The notes beneath the pieces are model-generated. The model saw only the letters and a program-made list of their open reading frames with translations. It ran no database searches and was not told the origin of the DNA. DNA of 64,000 nucleotides from NCBI RefSeq assembly GCF_001194135.2, contig NC_069001.1, forward strand, positions 26,302,964 to 26,366,963. The letters run 5' to 3'. Each line of letters starts with the position of its first letter. The stretch's first letter is position 1. Position numbers and translations under genes: made by a program. This document shows positions 54,295 through 64,000 of the stretch, piece after piece. This DNA is from Octopus bimaculoides (taxonomy: Eukaryota).

Positions 54295-54560
54295 GACTGT
54301 CCCGTCATTGTTTTTAACTTTGTTATGTTGGCAAAATGGTTAAGAAAGTGACTTTACATTCGCGAGTTCTCGGATTCGATCGACAGTCCCCTCATTGTTT
54401 TCCTTGTTTATCTGATGTTAGCAGAATGTTTAAGAAGCTAATTTCACAATCAAGAGGTCCAGGGTTCAATCGACAGTTCCGCTGTTGATTTTTGTTTTTA
54501 TCTCATATTGGCACAATGGTTAAGAATCTCGTTTTATATTGACGTGATCCGGGGTTCTAT
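54295..54560 (+). repeat. Three tandem units of 87-90 bp, each with tRNA-like A and B boxes
   Basis: Units start GAC(T/A)GT at 54295, 54382 and 54472. A-box-like TGGCAAAATGG / TAGCAGAATGT / TGGCACAATGG; B-box-like GGATTCGATC / GGGTTCAATC / GGGGTTCTAT. Confidence 0.75.
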
Positions 54561-54745
54561 GACATCTTTTGCTTACTTCGGTAAAGCAAAACAGAGTGGG
54601 CAGACACTCTTTATAATCCCGTAAAAGTCATTGTACACGGCCATAAACCGGCAATTTCACACTGTGTCCTTTATCATGTTGATTCCTCTAAGGATTACGT
54701 TATGGTTACACGTGCCAGCAGCATACTTCGTCGCTTAAACATTAA

Positions 54746-55422
54746 CCCTTTACCTACCAGTGATCTCATATGAGATCACTTAAAAATTAGAAATTTCGTA
54801 ATTATCTGTCAATATTTACACATATCTAACCTTTTTGCTATATCTACTAGATATATTTTTCTGATGGAGGCTCAATGGCCCAGTGGTTAGGGCAGCGGAC
54901 TCGGGTCGTAAGATCGCGGTTTCGATTCCCAGACCAGGCGTTGTCAGTGTTTATTGAGCGAAAACACCTAAAGCTCCACGAGGCTACGGCAGGGGATGGT
55001 GGCGAAACCTGCTGTACTCTTTCACCACAACTCTCTCTCACTCATTCTTCCTGTTTCTGTTGTACCTGTAATTCAAAGGGTCAGCCTTGTCACACTGTGT
55101 CACGCTGAATATCCCCGAGAACTACGTTAAGGGTACACGTGTCTGTGGAGTGCTCAGCCACTTGCACGTTAATTTCACGAGCAGGCTGTTCCGTTGATCG
55201 GATCAGCTGGAACCCTCGACGTCGTAAGCGACGGAGTGCCAACAACAACAACAATTTCTCTGATATTCAAATGAGGTTTGCGAATTTTTCACTCAAAATT
55301 TCGTTTAATTCTATTTAAAATGTTATTTTGATCATTCCAGCGTGTTTCTAAGGCTGTTTTATGCTAGAAATCAAAGTTTCATAAAAGAAATTCTAGTTAA
55401 TATAATTATGGGAGGTAATGGG
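54746..55422. mobile_element. piggyBac-type MITE (TTAA TSD) interrupted by a SINE
   Basis: TTAA|CCCTTTACCTACC ... GGAGGTAATGGG|TTAA; TTAA at 54742-54745 and 55423-55426; perfect 22-bp palindrome at 54759-54780. Confidence 0.7.
54866..55253 (+). mobile_element. SINE family C with (CAA)n tail and 11-bp TSD
   Basis: TSD ATTTTTCTGAT (54855-54865) and ATTTCTCTGAT (55254-55264), one mismatch. Confidence 0.92.
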
Positions 55423-56454
55423 TTAATACAAAAACATATACTTCATTTGATCGAATAACTGAATACTCAGTCGAAACCGACGGAGATCCATTCTACTCTT
55501 AAGTGCTATGTATTTTAAGACTACGGCTTTGATTCACAAGAAATTCAGCTGATATTGCTATCGGAATGTGTAAGCAAATAGAGGAAATCATGTTGACTTG
55601 GAAACGATTAATTTAGAATCTGGCCATTTAATGGTCGGTTTAATTGATCTCATTTCCTAGGGATTTAAATATAATTTGTAAATTATTGGTTGACAAAACA
55701 TCCCTCACGCGTGTTCCAAATATAAAGATATCCACTAGGATTTATGAATCCAATTACAAGAGTCATTAGATTTTCCTTTTTTTTTTCTTTTTTTCTTTGT
55801 GGAACATGTAGACATTCGCAGACCGGAGTAGAGTTATAAAACATGAAAATGGCGACATAAAGGAAACTGTAAGTTGGTCGAAAGCTTATCTTGCGTATAA
55901 ATATTATTTTCAGGAAATGAATATTTCCATGTTACATGTTTAGACTAACAAGTCACGCAAGCATATGGTTACGGAATTCGCAAGTCTTTTATGGAAGAAA
56001 CTCTGTAATTATTCAATTATTGTCGTTTACTTAGCGTGATGCTATGTATGAATATATCTCACTACATAATTACTTATTTTAAGTTACATTATATCTGTTT
56101 ATATATATAGGTAGCTCAACGTAATTCTTTGTCATTTTTGTTATACCGTAAATATTTTAAGTGATAATTTGGGCTTCTATAAGCAGAAGTAATGCGTTGG
56201 ATTGTATCTTGGATTTCAGTACCTCTAGGACAGTTGAATCAATCGTCTCCGGTTAACTAACCGAAACAAAATATTCGATTTTCATACACCAGTAAAGTCA
56301 TCAATGGTGTTTTTGATTGGGACGATTTTAAACTGGATGTGAATGTAATTCGAGTAGGAATTGAAATCACATTGACACGTCGATTGACCAGCAGTTTATC
56401 TCTGGCTGTAATATGATCGCGACTGAAACAAAGTATCGTCTTATTTTAGAGGTT

Positions 56455-58800
56455 TCCTTAAGACGGTGAACTCATAGAACCGTTAACATGCAGAACAGAA
56501 TACTGAGCGGTGTTTCATCTATCTTCGTGTTTTGAGGTCAAGTTCCATCAAGGTCAATCTTTCATTTCTTCATTTCGGAGTCAATAAAATAAGTACCAGT
56601 GAAGTACTGGGGATCGATGTAATCCACTTTCATTTCCAGTCAGAAACTACTGATCCAATGTCAAAATTTGAAACTATTATTTCGGAGATTTGAAACATCG
56701 GACTCTATCTATACTGGGGCGCGCCGTCAACAGTTACGGTTTATCAAACCCAGAATTTTTTCTTGAAACATTCACTCACTCTCTTCCTTAATGTTGCTTT
56801 CCTCCACCCACATCATCACTCTCACTCGACCTGATAGGACTCCATTTTATTTATATATCTTTACTCCACACAAGCCCTCACTCTCCTTCAGTTTAATAGA
56901 TCTCTCTTTTAAAGTATTATTTTTCACTCCACTCACTTCTTAAAATTTCATGGAGTGTAAAAGACCACTTTTCTAAAAACATTCATTTATTATTATTATT
57001 TTATTTTTTGGCATAAGGACAGCAATTTTGAGGGAAAGGGCAAGCCGATTTTATGGACCCCTTCCCCCCCCAACACTAGGTGGGTGTTTTATTTCAGCGA
57101 TCCCGAAAGGATAAAATGTAAATTTGACTTTGCTGGAATTTGAACTCACCGCAAGGCATTTTGTCCGATATGCTAACGATTTTGCTTGCTTGCCGCTGTG
57201 TCTTATGCTATTAATATTCTTCCCTGAATAAGCACAAGTCCTGAAATTTGGGGAGGAGGATAATTGATTACATCGACCTCCACTGTTTCACTGATACTTA
57301 ATTTCATCGACTCCGAAAGGATTTTATCAAAAAGAGCCGATAACATTAGTAGGCAAGGGCTAGCTGGTCTATTAGTCATAGACTTTTTACTGTTCAGAAA
57401 TTCTGGTCTTCTTTTATTCATTTGCTGACCGTTTCTAATTTGGGCACAAAGCCAGTAATTTTTTGTGTTGGGTGGGAACACGTTGATTACATCACGTGAT
57501 TTGTACTTATTTTATCGACCTCTGAAAAATGATCTCAGTCGGTTTCAGTGCAATGTGAACTAGAAATGCTGATAAATATCTTGTCCGGCTCACGAACGAG
57601 TCTGCTCCCTCGTCGCCATATTTGCTGGCAGTTAATGTCACTCTTTTACATTGGTACACATACACTTATTTATTTTTCAAAATTGTGTTACACATTGAAC
57701 AATGGCCACGCTGGGGCATCGCCTTGAAGGATTTTATTCGAAAGAAATTGTCTATAGAATGTATTTCTGTCGGTCTCTTTTGCTGACCCTCTAAGTTACA
57801 AGAACATAAAGATACCAACACTTGTTGTCAATTAGTTTTGGGGAGACAAGTTCAAACGCAAAAGTATACATACACATATATAAATACTGATGACAGAATT
57901 CTTAACAGATTCTACCAGCTAAATTCGCACACAAGGCACTGAACCTCTCGGGCCGGTAAGACACTTTCCTTCAGGCGTTGCGTAGTAAGGTTGAACCCGA
58001 AATTACGTGGTTAAAAATTGACCTTCATTGAGGCACTCCTGACTCATAAGTTTCCTTTTATCTCATCACCTGGCTTTGTCCACCAGCATTCCTTTCAGCC
58101 GGCCAATGGGTGCCCTAGATCACAAACTCGCGTACCAGTATGACAAGTCTCATTTCCTCAGTTTGACTTAATCTAGCTCTTTGTCTTCCTCTTTTTAAGA
58201 AGGGATAGATTTTATAAGTCGGGATATTGGCCAGTCTGTCAACTGAACAAGTAGAACCTGTGTTTTCTCGAAACCTCATCTTTTTTTTTTCAACCACTCA
58301 CTGACCACTGATTATTTCAAATCTTGAAAAAGGCCAACAGTTTTGAGAGTGAGGGGGCAAGTCGATTACGTCGATTACGTCGACCCTGGTACTTGACTGG
58401 TTCGTATGTTATTGATCTCTGAAAAAAAAAAAAAAAAGACAGAGTCCACCTCAGTAGAATTTGAACTCAGAATGTCAAGAACAAGAAAATATGTAGCTAT
58501 TTTTGGACGATACGCTAACGATTCTACCACGTCCCGATGTTTGCTGACTATTAATGGTGCTTTTTTTTTGCTTTTTTAATTTTCTCACTGATTAATCACA
58601 CACACACATACAGATGTGCGCTCATTTATTTATTTTTCCTTGGTTTCTTTCATTGGACTGTGGCCATGTTGGGGCACTGACTCGAAATGTTTATTCTAAC
58701 TAATCGTATCCTTTGTTTAATCGCTAAGTCTGATGCTGAAGCTATCGGTTGTTTTGTCAAACCGCTAAGTTACTGGAGGATAAGTAAACCAGCAACAGTT
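56455..58800. mobile_element. Old, diverged SINE A copies (56455-56660 +; 57005-57620 -; 58325-58535 -) and SINE B copies (57690-58020 -; 58635-58800 -)
   Basis: Degenerate but recognisable core motifs of families A and B. Confidence 0.65.
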
Positions 58801-59408
58801 GGTGGAGGAAGAAACAACACACACACACACACACATATATATAGGTTATTTCATCATTTTTTTCTCTCACGGTTTAAAAATTTTTTTTTTATTTACATTC
58901 TTCATTTTTTCAGCCCGCATCCCTTTCTGTCAAAGAGCATAGGCTCGAAACCTCAATGACTTTTCCATTGTTCCCTCATCTGCCTTCATCTTTTCCTTTT
59001 TGAAAATTTAAACTATATACATTATATATATNNNNNNNNNNNNNNNNNNNNNNNNNNNNNNNNNNNNNNNNNNNNNNNNNNNNNNNNNNNNNNNNNNNNN
59101 NNNNNNNNNNNNNNNNNNNNNNNNNNNNNNNNNNNNNNNNNNNNNNNNNNNNNNNNNNNNNNNNNNNNNNNNNNNNNNNNNNNNNNNNNNNNNNNNNNNN
59201 NNNNNNNNNNNNNNNNNNNNNNNNNNNNNNNNNNNNNNNNNNNNNNNNNNNNNNNNNNNNNNNNNNNNNNNNNNNNNNNNNNNNNNNNNNNNNNNNNNNN
59301 NNNNNNNNNNNNNNNNNNNNNNNNNNNNNNNNNNNNNNNNNNNNNNNNNNNNNNNNNNNNNNNNNNNNNNNNNNNNNNNNNNNNNNNNNNNNNNNNNNNN
59401 NNNNNNNN

Positions 59409-59452
<44 letters not shown>

Positions 59453-60622
59453 TGTGTGTGTAAGCTGACGACGAAAGAAGAGGAACAGAAAGAACATTTA
59501 CAACAAACTTATATCAATTTCGTAGACATCCACTGTCATGTTGAAGATTGCCTCACTTTAAACCTCACTATACTCCTCACTGACACTCCTTAAATAACGG
59601 GAAATTTAAATAATTAATTAAGCGGCATACTAATAAAGTTTCCATTATTATACTACATTGTACTACCGATCATCAGTTTGGGTATTTCAGTTGAGTTTGG
59701 CACTCGTGTGTTCTTGTAGTTGCAGCTGCGTGTGTTGTATGCGAACGCGTGATCTTCACCTCTGCGTGTGTGAACAGACGTGTGTGTGTTCTGTTGTGCT
59801 GTGTGTATATTATATTTCAGTGAGGATTTAATATATATGTAGATGCATATATATCTATATAAGTTAGTGAGGTTTAACTAACAGTTATTTTCAAGTGAGT
59901 GTATTATTTGTAAACTTTTTTTATATCCAAACTTTTTTTAATTTAACAAAAAAAAAAAAATACAAAAAATATTCTGAGCATTTTTTATACCATTGNNNNN
60001 NNNNNAAAATTGAAAAAAATTTGAATTAACAAAAAAAAATATAAAAAAAAAATAGTGAACAAATTTAACAAAGTTGAACATAAAAAAGGAAGAAAGGATT
60101 GTGAACAGAAAAAGAAAAGAAAAACAAGAAGTTTTATGTAAATAATAATTTGCCTTCATTTCTTTCGCTTTTGAGTGTGAAATTTTCCGAAATCAACTTC
60201 CGTTTCTATATGTGACTGAGCGAACGTTATAGCGAAAAGAAAGTTCCGCAACAGAAGACCAGCGTCGATTAAGTATTTCCAAAGGTAACTATTAATATCT
60301 TTACTACTACTACTTCTACTACTACTACTACTAAATAATAACAATGATAATAATCTTGACAATAATAAACTTAGAGAAGAAACTAACAATAGATGCTAAC
60401 TTTTTATATTTTTTATACACATATTACTTAACAATTTCTTTTGAAACTACATCTACATTAGCTGCTTGTGAGAGCGAGGAATTGTTAGAATAAAGATGGG
60501 ACTAGGATGCAAGGAAATTGAAGTAGAAATAGGATTCAAGCGTTCAATAATTTATGGAACTAAACGTTTTTTAAAGTGTCAAGCATATTAACGATAAAAC
60601 AAAAGGATAATCAGTAACAAAT

Positions 60623-60669
<47 letters not shown>

Positions 60670-61204
60670 TGAATGTGAACGTTTAGCATTAAAATGAAAT
60701 ATTTAATTTTCAAACGAATGTGTTTCTAATTAGAAAAAAAAAACAATATAAATCAGAACAACAGAAATATAATAACAACAATAAAAACGACCGGACACGA
60801 GTAATTACCTCCAGTCTTCATACATGATATATTTTAAACTAAACTCTCCAACCACATTTTAAGTAGTAAGTGAAAATGGTAGCGGTGTAAAGTGTACTTG
60901 GGTCCATAGTTGTTCATATATATATATTTATATGGGGTATGTGCATTTATATGAATATACTTTCCTTTCATTCGATATGGTCTGGTTTAATCTGTCAAAA
61001 ATGTTATGCAACAGAAGTTTGTAGAGAGAGAAAACCCGAAAAGTCTCGACTATTTTGATGGACAGCCTACAGTAGCAGCAACAGTGTTATCAGCGGCTGC
61101 AGTAAGCATCAACAATAACGACGTTAAAAGTTAAGAATAACTGCAGTAATTTCTAATAATTACGAACGTTATCTTTAGCAAGAACTGTTGTAGCAATAAT
61201 AATA

Positions 61205-61585
61205 ATAATAACAACAAGAACACTCAGAGAGCGCAAACCTCCGCCAAATTAACCCCAACATCCTCTCAACGATTAGCCGGATATGATTTTTAAAATGAGG
61301 ATATCGGAAATAAACTCCACTGTTCTCACAAACGAGAATATTAAAAATGAGCTCGACCACTCTCAAAAATTTAAAAGAAAAAGAAAACAGGAAAAATAAT
61401 CCAGAATCCTTGTCCGGTACCGGATTGATCCCCAAATCGTACCAGTCATGAGGCCAAACATCTCTGAAAGTTTTATCCGAATCCATTCAGCATTTCTTGA
61501 GATATTTTGTCCACGGATAAACAAACAAACAAACACGGTTGGAAAGAATGCCTTCCGTAACGCAGTGCTAATAACATTAACACCA
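61205..61585 (-). mobile_element. Helentron-associated (HINE/DINE-1-like) non-autonomous element
   Basis: Minus: TTATTAG...(GTTT)n block...AAATGCTGAATGGATTCGGATAAAACTTT...; 3' GGCGGAGGTTTGCGCTCTCTGAGTGTTCTTGTT with a short terminal hairpin (GCGCTC/GAGTGT), ending in a T-rich site. Confidence 0.55.
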
Positions 61586-63697
61586 GCGATAATTACATGG
61601 TGTTTACAATAGGTTTGCAAGTAATAAAGAGGAACGCAAAGGAAAGGAAATAAGGACTTAGATTTTGGTGGGACCTTAGAGAGACACAAAGAAGATAGAC
61701 GATGAAAAAAGACAGGTGCATCAGAGGCGAGACGAGGAAGAAGTACAAAGCCAAGGAAGAAAAACAAAGGGGAAAAAATGAATGATGCAGACGATAATGT
61801 AGAAAATGTAGTAAAAAGCTAGAAACGTTAAGTACAACGACGATACAAGAAGGGTTAAGGGAAGCTAACGATTCCAACGTACCCTAGATAGTGTGGGTTA
61901 CAACTAGTATCAGCTAGAATAACAATAGTAACGAGGGATGGGGAATACACGGAAGAAATAAGTAGAAGCTAGAACAATAGCTGTACTACCATCATTGTGG
62001 TCATAAACAACATTAATAATTACGAAAATAGTGTAGCAAGGATTATAATAAGCACAGAAAATGAAAAAAAAGAAAGAAGCATGAACTACAATAGATTAAT
62101 AAAAAATTCTTACAAGGAGAAATTGAACAGACGATAGAAGGGGAAACAGTAGTAGCAACAACAATAACGTTTAAACCGGCAAGAAAAATTACTGAAGAGA
62201 TAAAAGAGAGAGTAATCTAGAGATATTTCTATACTTACCCAACGTTAAAATAATATAAAACAAAAATCTAACGTCAAAAAACAACCGCATCATCAATAGT
62301 TATAAGTAGGCATAGAAATAACAAGCACGAACGCCACAACTTCAACAATAGATTCAGTGATAACAGACAGACATACACACAAGTTCACATGGGAACAAAA
62401 TACCCGCATCAATCTCCATAAACAACAACAACAACAGTTATAGACTCAACAACTGTAGTGACATCAGCAAGAACAACATCAACACATCAGCAGCACTCCA
62501 CCCCGCTTTATAATATCAACAGCAACTACAGCAGCAACAAGAATAGCAACAGTAGCGCCAATACAATCACTTGTACCCTACTACTACTACTGCTGCCAAT
62601 GCTGCTTCTACTGCTGCTACAACGACGGCGGCTACGATCGCCATCGCCAGCAGCAGCGCGAGAATCTTCGGTTAAACCTAACGCAAGAACTAAAAAAATA
62701 AAGAAAACTACTACTACAACTATTACTATACTACTACTACTACTACTAGCGGTGTTTACGAGAGTAGAGAGAGCGAGCGAATGACTGACAATGTAGTTTT
62801 CTGCTGCACACACATTTGTAATGTTGTTTATCAGCTAAAAAAAAATACTAAACAAAACAAAAACGCAACGAAAGAGACCTCTTAGGACGAATTAAAATTA
62901 AACCAATGTTGTTGTATATGCACTTATATACACATCTTTCTATNNNNNNNNNNNNNNNNNNNNNNNNNNNNNNNNNNNNNNNNNNNNNNNNNNNNNNNNN
63001 NNNNNNNNNNNNNNNNNNNNNNNNNNNNNNNNNNNNNNNNNNNNNNNNNNNNNNNNNNNNNNNNNNNNNNNNNNNNNNNNNNNNNNNNNNNNNNNNNNNN
63101 NNNNNNNNNNNNNNNNNNNNNNNNNNNNNNNNNNNNNNNNNNNNNNNNNNNNNNNNNNNNNNNNNNNNNNNNNNNNNNNNNNNNNNNNNNNNNNNNNNNN
63201 NNNNNNNNNNNNNNNNNNNNNNNNNNNNNNNNNNNNNNNNNNNNNNNNNNNNNNNNNNNNNNNNNNNNNNNNNNNNNNNNNNNNNNNNNNNNNNNNNNNN
63301 NNNNNNNNNNNNNNNNNNNNNNNNNNNNNNNNNNNNNNNNNNNNNNNNNNNNNNNNNNNNNNNNNNNNNNNNNNNNNNNNNNNNNNNNNNNNNNNNNNNN
63401 NNNNNNNNNNNNNNNNNNNNNNNNNNNNNNNNNNNNNNNNNNNNNNNNNNNNNNNNNNNNNNNNNNNNNNNNNNNNNNNNNNNNNNNNNNNNNNNNNCAC
63501 ACACACACACACACATGTATATATATACACGCACACACAAATATGTATATACATAAATATATATACATAAGTATGTATATATATATATATATATATACAT
63601 GTATGCATGTATATGTATATACATATATATATATGTATATATATATGCATGTTGGTATATATATATATACATATGTATGTAAATATGTATGTATGTG

Positions 63698-63740
<43 letters not shown>

Positions 63741-64000
63741 NNNNNNNNNNNNNNNNNNNNNNNNNNNNNNNNNNNNNNNNNNNNNNNNNNNNNNNNNNNN
63801 NNNNNNNNNNNNNNNNNNNNNNNNNNNNNNNNNNNNNNNNNNNNNNNNNNNNNNNNNNNNNNNNNNNNNNNNNNNNNNNNNNNNNNNNATATATATATAT
63901 ATATATATGTATGTGTATGTATCTATATATATGTATATATATATTTGTATATATGTGTATATATATATATATATATACATAAATATATATAATTACAAAT

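Noticed and set aside
59635-59680. CTGATGA...GAAAC on the minus strand
   Set aside because: No helix II or helix I pairing; a chance match.
61680-61800. Charged reading frame RDTKKIDDEKRQ...
   Set aside because: Purine-rich low-complexity sequence that ends in a stop and has no splice signals.
190-63992. Most ORF-track entries (poly-LS, YI, HT, CV, or X-filled)
   Set aside because: They are translations of microsatellites or read through N gaps, with no domains or splice context.

Overview
AT-rich animal genomic DNA with many assembly gaps and very dense microsatellites ((TA)n, (CA)n, (GA)n, (AAT)n, (AGT)n, (TACA)n). The SINE families look like those of octopus or another coleoid cephalopod. 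This is my recognition, not a database result. No protein-coding gene can be called with confidence, and nearly all ORF-track entries are microsatellite or N-gap artefacts, so the window is probably a long intron or intergenic region. It contains about five modular tRNA-derived SINE families (labelled A-E here), a 3' fragment of a CR1-group LINE whose tail is shared with SINE family B, a Tigger/pogo-type MITE, a TTAA piggyBac-type MITE with a nested SINE, three Helitron/Helentron-like non-autonomous elements, and two repeat-free islands with decayed, unidentified reading frames. The most interesting object is a minus-strand element at 7092-7349. It joins a tRNA-like Pol III head through an (AAT)n linker to a minimal type I hammerhead ribozyme of the kind found in Penelope-like elements, so it is a candidate ribozyme-bearing SINE.
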